This document shows positions 39,860-52,675 of a stretch of DNA of 64,000 nucleotides, piece after piece (position 1 is the stretch's first letter; every line of letters begins with the position of its first letter). The notes below the pieces were generated by a model, which ran no database searches, was not told the DNA's origin, and saw only the letters and a program-made list of their open reading frames with translations. Source of the stretch: Squalus acanthias (lineage: Eukaryota); the NCBI GenBank assembly GCA_030390025.1, contig JASTWF010000343.1, positions 124,001-188,000 of the forward strand. Direction: 5' to 3'. Made by a program: the position numbers and the translations under genes.

Positions 39860-40384
39860 AAGTAATGTAATATAGATTTCCTCTTAAACATTTAGTGGAG
39901 TGTTAATAGAAACATGAGTTATGTAATGATATATAAAAATTGCAGGAAGCTACTTTAGAAGAAACCCCTCTCTTTATTGAGAAAGACACAGAACATACTT
40001 TGATTAAACTGATAACGTACACTTCGATTTGGTTTGAACGTTTGATATAGGAGATTAAAAATTGTGAGTACAATGAAGTTTCTTTCCCACATTTAATTAC
40101 GAAGTAACTAAAATAATTCAACTCTTTTCGTGATAAGAGCAGGGATTAATATTGTGGAGAATGTTTGAGGGAAAAACATTCGAAGCGAAATTGGTAAATT
40201 ATAAATCTTCACGTCAACATATGAGTAAACAACGTTTATTAATGTAAGTGATTGAAGTTGAAAATACGGATACCCATTTTGTTCAGTTCTTTTTAATACT
40301 GCGAATTAAAGAACTACAGCACTTTATATTTGTTGATTGTCCGGTTGCATTCTGACTAATATTCTTGTAACTTACGTGGACGTA

Positions 40385-41045
40385 ATATGTGGATGGAATA
40401 TAATGTTGAGAAATGTGAAGTTATCCACTTTGGTAGGAAAAAGAGAAAAGCAGAGTATTTTTGAAATGGTGAGAGATTGGGAAATGTTGCTGTTCAGAGG
40501 GACCTGGCTTTCCTTCTGCACGAATAACTGAACGTTAACCTGCAGGTACAGCAAGCAATTAGGAAAGCAAGTGGTATGTTGGCCTTTATTACAAGAGCAT
40601 TTGATTATAAAAGTAAAGACGTCTTACTGCAATTATATAGGGCCCTGGTGAGACCACAGCTGGAGTATTGTGTACAGTTTTGTTCGCCTTACCTAAGGAA
40701 GGATATACTTGTCATAGAGGGAGTGCAGCGAATGTTCACCAGACTGTTTCCTGGGATGGGGGATTGTCCTATGAGGAGAGATTGAGTAGACTAGACCATG
40801 AAAGTACCGGATTGTCGTAAAAACCCATCTGATACACTAATGGCCTTTAGGGAAGGAAATCTGCCGTCCTTACCTAATATGTGACCCCAGACCCACTGCA
40901 AGCTTATTGTTTTCTTAACTGACCTCTGAAATGGCCCAGCAAGACACTCGCTTGTCTCAGGCGGCTCACCACCACCCTCTCCAGGGCAAATAGGGATGGG
41001 CAATAAATGCTGGCCTTGTCAGCGATGCCCACATCCCAATAATGA
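40385..41045 (+). mobile_element. CR1 fragment (40385-40794) fused to the 3' half of the tRNA-SINE (40795-41045)
   Basis: LYRALVRPQLEYCVQF motif; the junction joins sequences that lie ~2.6 kb apart in the left arm (9541 and ~6940). Confidence 0.85.
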
Positions 41046-41359
41046 ATTATAAAAATGATTTATTAAGTGTCATAATGATTTGAAAAGCATCATAATGTTT
41101 TATTTATGGTCATAATGGTTTATAAAGGGATAAAAAGATTTGGAAAGTGTTGTAAAGAATTTAAAGTATTATAAAGTGTTATAATGATTTATAGAGTCCT
41201 GGTTCCGGGCATCCTCCTCCCCGGGCTGGGCTGCTCCTGTGGGACGGGCCGGGCCATGCTGCTCCACCTCGTCGCCCGCTCTCATGGTAAATGGGAGTCC
41301 AACTGCTGCCGCCCTCCGGATGCTCGCCTCCCGCCGCCAGGGAAAGGCCCCGAGTGCGG

Positions 41360-41470
41360 GCCACCATCTTTGTGCGGATCCCCAGAGACGCCATCTTTGT
41401 GCGGGGCGCCAGAGCCGCCATTTTTGTGCGGCGCTCCAGAGCCGCCATCGTTGTGCTGGGCGCCACAATA
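41360..41470 (-). repeat. About four units of the 27-bp AAGATGGCGGC minisatellite
   Basis: ccatctttgtgcgg repeats, the reverse complement of the 5003-6365 array. Confidence 0.85.
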
Positions 41471-41618
41471 TCAGGCCCAGTGAGCCCAGTGTAGACAGTG
41501 TGTGAGTGAACGTGTGAATGTTCCAGATCACCGGCCCCGCCGGCCCGGCACTGGGGAGAGCGGCTCACCACAATATCAGGCCCAGGGAACTCTCAGGCTG
41601 CAAAGTCTCTGCTTCTTC

Positions 41619-42520
41619 TCATCTTTTAATGTATTTTACAATCAGAGTAAAGGGATATTTCACCACATTCTTCAACTGCTCTCTGAACTTAGTCTGGGTT
41701 ACAGCGTAAATCCCAGTGTTTGTGCAGCAACTCAGCAGCTGCAGCATGAATCCCACTTCCATTACATAAAAAGGTAGATTTGCAGACCGATACACCAAAT
41801 TCCTCATCCGCCAATATATAGAATACCCCATCAACACTGCCCATAACAGGATGAAATTGCCGGAGATAACAAGCAGTAAAATGATGGATTTCCTGCGGCT
41901 CTCCATTTCTGGGTCTCTGGGACTCTCCCCACTGCTGGGGCCCCGAAGTCTCCTGCGGGCTCTGTTGGCCACTAAAATGTGTCTGACGGTGACAGCATTG
42001 AGCAGCAGAATCACCACAAATGCGACCCCCGGGGTGAGAATATAATGAAGGAACTCGATATATCCCCAGACCAGTGAATACACAACATCCATTGTGACCA
42101 CACAAAACCAGGGGAGGTTCCCATGCCCATACCGACCTGTGAACATAAAATACCAGATGATGTTCTTTAAACCACTCAGCACAGTCACTGTTCCCAGAAC
42201 CACAGCCGCCGTTTTCTCGGTGCAATATTTCGTTTTCAGCTTCTGGCAACAAATGGCTACAAATCGATCAAAGGTGAAAGTGACGGTGAACCAGACAGAA
42301 CAGTCTGTGGCTGCGAACAGCAGGACACCGTGGATATTACACACGGGGATGGACCACAGGAAATGAAACTGTTCCGAATAAATAATCGGAATGTGCCTCA
42401 ATATCAGGTCCAGGATAACGACCAGTAGATCGGCCGCTGCCATGGCCACCAGGTAGCGAGTCACACATTTGGAGAGACCGCACTTTCCCCGAGACAGGAT
42501 TACAATCGTCACTAAGTTAA
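41619..42520 (-). CDS. GPR139/GPR142-like class A GPCR, second coding exon
   Basis: Acceptor cttttcacag (42530-42521), phase 1. It is 902 nt like the + copy, has an intact frame and the same TM motifs, and is about 85% identical in protein to 4043-4944 by manual count. Confidence 0.92.
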
Positions 42521-43821
42521 CTGTGAAAAGGGAAATAAATAGGGACATTATACATCAGGCTGGGAGCAAAGGCAGCATTTTGATGGAATTCAGTTTGAAA
42601 TCTGCAATTCACGAGCGACATTCAATGATATAATCTAATCCTATTTGATGTGGAGCTGAATACATTATTGTAAGAATAATCGGGAATATATTGTGGAATC
42701 AATAAATGAAATGGGAATAAATACAATATGAAAGTAACCGATGTTTGATCAAGGAGAGATTAAATGATCAATTTATATTTAGCCCAGCAGACAAAAGCAC
42801 CGCCCGAGGTACCAGGGACACAAAGGACCAGAACCTCTCAGGAAGCCTTCGTGTCCCGGGATCAGTCAGCATTTGGAGCGGTGCAGTTCGCTTCTGTGCC
42901 CCTGTGTTAGGGAGGGGGAAATCGCGCTTGGATTCCTGCTCCTGGTTAGAATATCCATTCTATTTAGAACTGAAAATGAATGCAACAGCAAAATACAGAA
43001 ACTGCAACCTTGGCATGCAATAATTACAGGCAATTGTATGTAAAATGTACGGATGTAATACGACAATGCTGAGATAATAAATACAAGTGCACTGCAGTTA
43101 TAAAGATAACTGGGCTGTCAGATATGTTTTGAAGATTGTGTTTTCTGCATTTTTGTTGAAATACACAAATTGTAGCTCATTGAAAGGAAGATTTGCCAAG
43201 TAACATGCAAATAATGGACTCTGAATTAGTGATGGTTAACCAGGTAATGTCCCACTAAATGCATTTATCAGCATCGAAATCAGATGATTTATCCCACAGG
43301 CAAAGTGTCACCGAATGCTGTTGTAAAGTATCTGAACACAAATGGAAGAGATTTAACCTTGTACTTTTTCAGCTGTTGTTTCCAACTTGTGCAGAAAATA
43401 TTTGACGAGAAGATATCAAAGGATTTTCTTATCCTCAGTACTTCAGTTACAATCGGCTGGGATTGTTTATCCCGAAGTACAGCAGGAGGCAATAGAGAAT
43501 CACTCTGGGTCTCACTGACTGATCCACTGAACCGCACCAGACGGGCATGGGATCCAATTGTAAATTCAAAACAATGATTGGAAATAAATGTATTGAAATC
43601 TGTCTGAATGAACATTTTGTGAGAATGTAAATTGTCCTTGTAATCCTACTTTAACCATCAGAAGCAGTGCCACTAATGCAGAACTGGAGAGGGTGGGAAA
43701 GTAGACACTGACTGGAACTGAATCTTTAGCGGATATTTCAGTCATTTAAAGATGTGGATGTGATCTGCCAGGGTTTGTTGCTGTGACTCTGTGTAAGTAA
43801 CCATACCGAGCATTAGGTGAA

Positions 43822-43960
43822 AACAAACACAAAATACTGCGGATTTTGGAAATCTGAAATGAAAACAGAAAATGCTGGAAATCCTCAGCGGGTCAGGCAG
43901 CATTGGTGGAGAGAGAGAGAGAAACAGAGTTAACGTTTCAGGTCGATGATCTTTCGCCAT
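43822..43960 (-). mobile_element. Penelope-like pLTR fragment
   Basis: Same pLTR block; hammerhead CTGANGA box is mutated. Confidence 0.8.
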
Positions 43961-45488
43961 CAGGTGAAAAGTCTCCTAAACTAAGACAGCATTCTTCTGA
44001 TCCGTTACCAATGTTCAGTGTAGGTAGCAGATTGAAATTCGTTAAATAAAGAGTCACCCTCAATAAAAAATTGCCTAAGTTGAATATAGAATATTTGAAT
44101 CTTGGTAACACGATATCACGTTCAGAATTAATAGCTGACAGCAGCGCGGATGGGATGGGGAATGACAAAGTGGGAAACACAGTTAAACATGTGGGGGGAA
44201 AGTTGGTTGGTTAGCGCCTCCACTTAGTGCCTTAAGAGGGTACCAATGGGGAACAAAGCATCTAGCGCCCATACGCGGCGATGTTTGCGCCGCTCATGAA
44301 ACTAACTAGACATTCTGCGGCGGCGCTAAACGCTACCGCCACAATCTCATGCGCCGGCAGATCGTGACATAAGTCGCGTGCGCAACGGACGCGATATTGA
44401 GTGGCACCCCCTGTCTTACCGCCTGCTGCTAGCAACGATAGGTTGAGGGGAGCGTTTTGCAGTCAGAAAGGGACTGGGGTAGCGCTATTTAAAGGCGACC
44501 GCTTCCTGCGTTTTTGTTGTTGACATTTTTGCACCACGTATTCTGAGAGAGAGAGAGACTTCTAGAGAGATTCAACGCTGTGTGAAGGAGTTTTGGGTAC
44601 TGAGCAGCACTTTGCAGGTTCATTTTGATTTGCCTTTCCTTGTATCGATTTAGAAGAAACTGTGGGGACTGCACTGCGAGCTCTTTCCCTGGGACTCTCC
44701 CTTGTTCTTTCCAGCAGATTTGATGTACAGGTCTCTCAAGGCCGAGATCCAAGGCTGCAATGAGCAGGATGTGGATGGAGTGCAAGATCAACCTTCCCCT
44801 TTAAGAACTGGCCGGCGCCATTGTGTCTGTGTTCCATTTCTAACTGACATCTAATGAGCTTCACAGTGTTCTGAGGTAACGCCTCGCTCCTCGGCCTTTG
44901 TGCATTAAGACAGCTGTGAAACGCCTGATTTAGCGCTCCAATCAATTCCAGGGGCGATAAAAGCCAAGTTTGCAGTCAGAGGCGATAATTAGCGCCAGCC
45001 GCTAATTTTTGCGCCCGGCCAATAATTGAGCCCCAAATGGGGCGATACTGAATTTCTCCCCCTAGATATTTAGTGCCCGAGCGCGGCTAATTTAGCGCCG
45101 CTCGGGAAATTGACCAGTTGTTTTGCGCTGGCACTAAACACTAACGCCACTATCTCCTGCGCCTGCAGATCATGACGTCAGTCGAGCGTGCAACGCCCTG
45201 GTAGCGCCCCGGACCGGATATTGAGTCGTGTCCCCTGCCTTAGTGCCTGCCTCTAGGAATGACAGGTAGAGGGGAACGTTTTCAAGACGGGAAGGGGATG
45301 GGGGAGCACTAATTAAAGGCGGCCGCTTCCTGCCTTTTCTTGTTGGGAAATTTTTGGTACACGCATGTAGAGAAGGAGCGAGACGTCTGGAGAGATTCGA
45401 AGCTGACCGAATCAGATTTGGGTCCTGAGCACCACTTTGGAGATTCATTTTTATGTCACATTCCTTCTGACGATATTTAGAAGCTTCG

Positions 45489-46490
45489 ATGGGGGCTGCA
45501 CTAACTCGGGGCATTCTCGTCCAGCTTCAACTTCAGAGGCAGCAGAGGCGCAGAGTGAGAGTGGCAAACGTAGCTAGAGTGAGTAGGGCCAACAGGCCTC
45601 TGCACAGGAGACCTTACTCTCCCAGGGAATTCAGGGAGCAATGATCCTCCTACATCCATTTGTCTGAGGAGCAGTGTTTCCAATGGCTGGGCTTCAGCAA
45701 GAAGGGGGTCACTGAGCTCTGCCGCCAACTGCAACCAGATCTGCAGCCTCAGCTCAGGACCAGGACTTCTCTGTCGGTGGCAGTGAAGGTGACAGTGGCC
45801 CTGAATTTCTAAGTCAGCGGTTCCTTTCAGACTTCTACTGGGGACACAGTGAATATCTCCTTCTTCCCTGTTCATTGTTGCATCCGGGAGGTGACAAATG
45901 CTTCGTAGAAGAGGAGACGCCAGTACATATCTCCCCATGACATGGGACAAACAGGGTGAACGCACATGTGGTTTTGCGAGGATAGCGGGCTTCACCATAG
46001 TTCAGAGCACCATTGACTACACGCATGTGGCATTGCGGGCAACTTGTGAGAATGCAGAGGTGTTCCGAAACCACAAGGGCTTCCACTCTCTGAATGTGAA
46101 GTAGGTCTGTGACCACAGACAGATCATACTCGCCGTCACTGCCCGATATCCTGGCAGCAGCCACGATACTTTTATCCTGCGCCAGACCGGTGTCGTCAAC
46201 ATCTTCCAACACCACATCAACCGAGCGGATGGCTCCTCGGGGACAAAAGTTATCCATCCTGCACCTAGCTGATGTGACACCGCTCTGTAACCCCAATACT
46301 CCTGCTGAGCTACAATACAATGAGAGCCAGAGCGCCACCAGGAACCTCATTGAGCAGACGACGGGTGTCTTGAAACAACGGTTCCGGTGTCTGGACCACT
46401 AAGGGGGAGCCCTGCAGTACTCTCCCGAGCGAGTCTCCCTCTTCATTTTTGTGTGCTGCATGCTTCCTAACATTGTAATCATGAGGACCC
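45489..46490 (+). pseudogene. Harbinger DDE transposase (HARBI1-like), multiple stops and frameshifts
   Basis: Fragments IAGFTIVQSTIDYTHV, FRNHKGFHSLNV, YPGSSHD, WLLGDKSY and YNESQSATRNLIEQTTGVLKQRFRCLD. Confidence 0.92.
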
Positions 46491-46691
46491 AGCCATCGCC
46501 ACCAGGGATTGGTGCACGACCTGAGGAGGAGGAGGAGGAAGAGGGTGATTAGGAGGATAAGGATGATGAAGAGGAGGATCAGCAGCACCAACGTGGGAGG
46601 GAGGCGCACAATGTTGCCACTGCAAGGCCCACCGTGAATAGCTCATAAGACACCAATTCTAACCCCTTACTGAGAAGATGGCTTCTGGGAT

Positions 46692-49465
46692 GAAGAAGCA
46701 TAGAAGCATAGCATAGAAGATAGGAGCAGGATTAGGCCATTCGGCCCCTCGAGCCTGCTCCGCCATTTAATGAGATCATGGCTGATCATCCAAATTCAGT
46801 ACCCTGTCCCTGCTTTCTCCCCATATCCCTTGATCCCTTCAGCCTTAAGAAATATATCTATCTCCTTCTTGAATATATTGAATGAATTGGCATCAACTGC
46901 CTTCTGTGGTAGAGAATTCCACAGGTTCACCACTCTCTGGGTGAAGAAATTCCTCCTCATCTCAGTCCTAAATGGCTTGCCCCTTATCCTTAGACTGTGA
47001 CCCCTGGTTCTGGACTCCCCGGCCATCGGGAACATCCTTCCTGCATCGAGTCTATCTAGTCCTGTTAGAATGTTATACGTTTCAATGAGATTCCCTCTCA
47101 TTCTTCTAAACTCTAGCGAATATGAGCCTAATCGATCCAATCTCTCTTCATACGTCATTCCTGCAATCCCAGGTATCAGTCTGGTAAATCTTCGCTGCAC
47201 TCCCTCCATGGCAAGAACATCCTTCCTCAGATAAGGCGACCAAAACTGCACAGAATACTCAAGGTGTGGTCTCACCACGGCCTTGTACAACTGCAGCAAG
47301 ACATCCTTGCTCCTGTACTCAATGCTCTCGCTATGAAGGCCAAAATACCATTTGCCTTCTTTACCGCCTGCTGCACATGCATGCTTACCTTCAGCATCTG
47401 GTGCACAAGGACTCCCAGCTCTCGTTGCACTTCCCCTTTTCCCAATCTATTGCCGTTCAGGTAATAATCTGTCTTCCTGTTTTTGCCACCAAAGTGGATA
47501 ACCTCGCATTTATCCACATTATACTGCATCTGCCATGCATCTGACCAATCACCCAACCTATCCAAATCATACTGGAGTTTCGCTGCATCCTCCTCACAGC
47601 ACACACGCCCACCCAGCTTTGTGTCGTCTGCAAACTTAGAGATATTACAACTATTTCCCTCGTCTAGATCATTAATATATATTGTGAATAGCTGGGGTCC
47701 GAGCACCGATCCCTGCGGTACCACACTAGTCACTGCCTGCCACTCGGAAAAAGATCCAAATCAGTAGCTAACCCCCAATTCCATGTGCTTTAACTTTGCT
47801 CGCCAATCTCTTATGCGGGACCTTATCGAAAGACTTCTGAAAGTCCAAATACACCACATCCACTGGTTCTCCCTTATCTATTCTACCAGTCACATCCTCA
47901 AAAAATTCCAGTAGATTAGTCAGGCATGATTTACCTTTTGTAAATCCATGTTGACTTTGACCGATCCTGTCACTGTTTTCCAAGGGCTCTGCTATTACAT
48001 CTTTTATAATGGACTCGAGCATTTTGCCCACTACCGATGTCAGGCTTACCGGACTATAATCCCCCGTTTTTTCTCTACCACCTTTTTTAAATAGTGGGGT
48101 TACATTAGCTACACTCCAATCCATGGGAACTGTTCCAGTGTCTATAGAATTTTGAAAGATGACCAACAATGCATCTACTATTTCTAGGGCCACTTCCTTA
48201 AGTACCCTAGGATGTTGATTATCAGGCCCTGGGGATTTATCAGCCTTCAATTCCGTCCATTTCCCTGACAGTATTTCCCTACAAATACTGATTTCATTCA
48301 ATTCCTCGCTCTCAATAGACCCTATGTTCCCCGACAAAACTGGGAGGTTATTTGTGTCCTCCTTTGTGAAGACAGAACCAAAGTATGTATTTAATTGTTT
48401 AGACATTTCTTTGTTCCCCATTATAAATTCCCCTGGTTCTGACTGCAAGGGACCTATGCTTGACTTCACCAATCTTTTTTTCTTCACATATGTATAGAAG
48501 CTTTTACAATCAGTTTTTATGTCCCATGCAAGCTTACTCTCATTTTCTATTTTCCACCTCTTAATTATACCCTTTGTCCTCCTTTTCTGAATCCAAAACT
48601 GCTCCCAATCTTCAGGTTTGCTGCTTTTTCTGGCCAATTTATATGTCCTCTCTTTGGATCTTATGCTATCCCTAATTTCCCTTGTTAGCCACGGTTGAGT
48701 CACCTTTTTTGTTTTATTTTTATGCCAAACAGGGATGTACAAATTCTGTAGTTCATCCATGCGATCTTTAAATGTTTGCCATTGCCTATCCACCGTCAAC
48801 CCTTTAAGTAACGCTCCCCAATCCATCCTAGCCAACTCGCGCCTCATACCATCGTAGTTTCCTTTATTTAAATTCAGGACCCTAGTCTCTGAGTCAACTA
48901 CTTCACTCTCCATTTAAATGTATAATTCTATCATATTCTGATCGCTGCTCCCCAAGGGGCCTCGCACAACAAGGTTGCTAATTAATCCTTTCTCATTACA
49001 TAATACCCAGTCGAAGATGGCCTGATCTCTAGTTGGTTCCTCAACATATTCGTACAGGAAACCTTCCCATATACCCTCTAGGAATTCCTCCTCCACAGTG
49101 TTGTTACTAATTTGGTTAGCCCAATCTATATGTAGATTAAAGTCACCCATGATAACTGCTGTGACCTTATTGCACGCGTCTCTAATTTCCTGTTAAATGC
49201 CATCCCCAAACTCAGCATTACTGTTTGGGGGTCTGTATACAACTCCCACTAAAGTTTTCTGCCCCTTGGTATTCCTCAGTTCTACCCATGCAGATTCCAC
49301 ATCATCAGAGCTAATATCCTTCCTTACTATTGTGTTAATCTGCTCTTTAACCAGCAATGCTACCCCACCTACTTTTCCTTTTTGTCTGACCTTCCTAAAT
49401 ATTGAATTCTCTGCTGGTTGAATTCCCAGACTTGATCACCCTGGAGCCATATCTCCGTAATCCCA
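46692..49465 (-). mobile_element. CR1 ORF2 (APE plus RT) with 3' tail, frameshifted, nested in the Harbinger
   Basis: ORFs 48914..49150, 47768..48913, 47272..47733 and 46796..47299 (MGDFN, YLDFQKSFDKVPH, KFADDTK). Confidence 0.95.
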
Positions 49466-49686
49466 AGCACATCATTGAAAGCATCCCGCTCCCCCTATTG
49501 CCGGGCAAAGTTGCAAGGTGTCAAATGACCAAAGAGGTAAATTTAGAATTTAAAATTTTTTTATATTACAAAATCTGTGTCATTTAGGCAGGACAAACAA
49601 TTAGAAATCAACTCAACAATTCATGAACTAACGAAACTCGTTCTCACAACATGGAGATAAACGGCAAAACAGTGAACAAATATAAT

Positions 49687-50418
49687 GGGCCAAAAATGCA
49701 TCCCGCGACGCGAGAGTACGCACTGCGTACTCTCGCGTATTCTCTCTCCAATTGCCGGTTTTCTGCATGCCCTGCGCATGCGCTGAAAACCGGCAATTGG
49801 TCTTTTGAAAAGGGGGCGGTTCCTCGGTGCATCGCGTGCGCGCTACAGGCTGCGCACTTCATGCTTTGGACGCGCAGGTAAGTACGGAAGATTTTAGAAA
49901 TGGAAAAAGGAGGAGTAAGACCCACTTTTAACAAGGTAAGTAGTGAATTAAGTATTTTTTTGAATTATTTTTAACAGGTATATCTTTTTTAGAGACTTTA
50001 AAGACAGGTAAGTTTATTTTTATAACTTTTTAAAAGATTTTAAATTTTTTCAAAAATTTAATTTTTTCTTTAAAATGGTTAATTTATTTAACTATACTTA
50101 TTTTATTAATGTGATGGTTTTTTTTTTTAATTTAATTGAGGTTTAGCTGTTATTTTGGGGGGGTGTAAGATTCATAGATTTCACAGCACGTATGTGAAAC
50201 TTAGGAATGGAAGATGGTGTGCTGCCATTGGCTCTAACTGAGTCACGTGATCCCACAGCTCGCACGAATTCACTACGCCGGTGGGATACGAAAGCCCAGC
50301 ACAGCAGCTGTCCAGAACATCAAGTTCGTGCGAGCTGGATCTGAAAAAGCACAAGCAGAGTGAGAGACGCGGGGAAGCCTTACCCCCGCGGGAACAGAGC
50401 GAGATCAATTTCTGGGCC
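49687..50418. mobile_element. Harbinger/Tourist-like MITE nested in the Harbinger
   Basis: Imperfect TIRs GGGCCAAAAATG and CAATTTCTGGGCC; 3-bp TSD AAT at 49684-49686 and 50419-50421; non-coding AT-rich centre. Confidence 0.75.
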
Positions 50419-50464
50419 AATAACAACAACCTCGAACCTTCCCACAAATATTCCCGCAATTTAT

Positions 50465-51984
50465 TTACAGATTGCATTGTTGGGCCTTCGAGGGTGATTT
50501 GCGTCCCCGGTGCACTTCCCCACTTTCCACCCTACTGCTCCTCCAATGTGGCCCCAGTGGCTGCAGCGAAGCTGCTGGAAGGCTGCTGAATGCTGGATCC
50601 AAAGATTGCCTTGAAGGTCGCCCTCGACTAGCTCTGGGACTGGAGGGCCCGGCTGCAGACTGCACCAACTCTGCATGGGCGGCAGCAGTCAGGACTGGCT
50701 GTGTTGCAGGCCGTGCCAAGTGCAATGGGGAAGTGGCAGTGGTGGGAGCAGGAATGCAGTCATCCAGAGAGAATACAACACCTTCCTGATCGACCGACAC
50801 ACTGCCACTCCCCCGGGGCAAAACCTTAGCATCCAGAGCAATCTGCTCGAGCACAGATTCCTGGCCTGCTGCAGTACTGTGAGATTCCTGGGTATTTAGC
50901 GTCCCAGCGAGCATGGCAGCAGTCAGTGCTTGCGTGACATCAATCTGAGACTGCATCAGGGCAGTCTTAGACTGGATGGCACCAACCAACGAATCAATTA
51001 CAGCACTCAGCCATTGCATTGCGTCCATTCTTCCTCCTCGTCTGGTGCATCGCTGCCACTGGCAGGATGAGGGACAGGCTAGTCAGCTGGTGGTTCACTA
51101 TCTGAAAGCAGGAAGGTACAAGAGTGGCTTTTGCTTGAGGGCAGCGGGGCAGGAAGGGAGCAAGGACTGGAGACAGTTAGTTGGATTGAAAGTATAAGAG
51201 GCTGGTGTTGTGAGGGTGAAGTGGTGTGAGAGAGCAGTGAAAACTGATGACCATCCCATTGCTGTCCCAAGGGGATCGATCTCTCCAGCGGCCACGACTC
51301 CTATGACTTGGCTGGCAACGACCCTGTGCACTCTGTCCTCCAGCTCAGTCAGGGAGTGTAGGTCCGCCGGATCTCCTCTCGTACGTTGCTGCTCCCGCCT
51401 GTTATGAGAGAGTTTGGCCTGCAAGTAAAAGGACAGCGTGTGTGTTAGTGTGCCGGCATGTGTTTGGCAGATGTGCCTACCATAGTTGAATAGTCGTTAT
51501 TGTTTGCAGGCATGTGTTTTGCAGATGTGCCTTCCTTAGTTGAATAGACGTTAATGTGTGCAGCCATGTGTTTGGCAGATGTGCCTACCTCAGTTGAATA
51601 GACGTTAATGTGTGCAAGGTGTGGGATGTGAATGTGTGTTTTCTGAGATGGCCATAGGTCTTGAATGAGTGTTGGGCATTTGGGTTTGTAAACCCTCTGG
51701 GCACAGAGTTAAGTTGAGATGGAGGGATGTAGAGCTATTGAAAAGCAGGTACTCACCCTGAACACCCGAGCGAGGTCATTGAACTTTTTCCGACATTGGG
51801 TGTTGGTCCTCGGCACCAGGCTCTTCGAGGAGATGTGCTGAGCCACCTCCCTCCACACCCTTCCAAACTCCCGGTGCAATGGCCTCCTGCCACTCTCAGG
51901 AAACAGCACTGCCCGTTGCCGTCCAACCAGAGCCACCAATGCCTCGTCGCTGAAGTGCCCAGCTCTTTTTCTTGGCCCCTCCAT
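50465..51984 (-). pseudogene. Harbinger Myb/SANT-like DNA-binding protein gene, spliced and degenerate
   Basis: Exon 51757-51984 reads FSDEALVALV...WREVA...RTNTQCRKKFNDL and ends AGG|gtgagt. Acceptor ttgcag|GCC AAA CTC at 51418 continues in phase as AKLSHNRREQQRTRG. The remainder is low complexity. Confidence 0.85.
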
Positions 51985-52675
51985 TAATCCTTCTAAGAGA
52001 CACTTTAAACAAAGGTCTGTCGATGTCCAGGTTCAAGGCTTCAATGAGCAGGGTGTGGCTGGCCGGCAAGATGGGCCCTCCCCTTTAAGAACTGGATGGG
52101 GCTAGTCTGTCTGGCTTCCATGGTCACTGACATCGCCTGAGCTTCGGTAGTGTTCTGAGCCAGCGCCTCGCTCCCCAATGTTTGTGCCTTAAGAGAGGTG
52201 TGTAGCGCCTGATTTAGCGCTCAAATCACCTCCAGGGGCGATAGAGGCAAATTTTGCAGTCGGAGGCTATAATTAGCACCGGGTGCTAAACTTTGCACCC
52301 GGCCGATATTAGCGCCCCAGAATGGACGATACCCAATTTTTGCCCCATGGTCTACAGAATTAATGGCTTGATACAGACACTTACCAGGAGCACCAACAGC
52401 AGCCAGGGTGAGGGGTTGGGGGAGTAAATGACAAGAACAGTAATGCAGTTAAACATGATTTACCCAATTAATAGCTGGATAGTGAGACTTACCAGGAACA
52501 CCAACAGCAGCGAGGATGTTCCAGTGTGTTTATACAACAACACATGCATTAACAAAGATGTAACAACTTGAAACACAGAATACCATTAATAACTGAATAT
52601 CCCACGGTAAATAGCAAGAATAATATTACAGTGTAACGTGGTTTATAGAATTAACAACTGGACAGAGATCCTTAC

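Larger units (their letters stand above)
44193..52346. mobile_element. Composite PIF/Harbinger transposon (~8.15 kb with nested insertions) in the GPCR intron
   Basis: Imperfect TIRs GGGGGGAAAGTTGG (44193) and CCAATTTTTGCCCC (52346), plus an internal right end at 45062. Flanks aaacATGt and ATGgtctacag rejoin into one host repeat unit. Transposase and Myb/SANT genes are convergent. Confidence 0.85.

Noticed and set aside
42521..42548. ATG at 42548 giving a single-exon 309-aa GPCR
   Set aside because: It overlaps the polypyrimidine tract and acceptor, would lack the first half of TM1, and the equivalent frame is not kept in the + copy.
49870..50015. Cluster of AGGTAAGT donor-like motifs
   Set aside because: They lie inside a MITE, antisense to the GPCR, with no associated exon.
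45489..51984. Domesticated HARBI1/NAIF1/MSANTD host genes
   Set aside because: Stops, frameshifts, TIRs and nested insertions show a dead transposon.
52380..52500. Recursive-splicing sites
   Set aside because: The junctions are TG|GT rather than AG|GT and have no adjacent acceptor.
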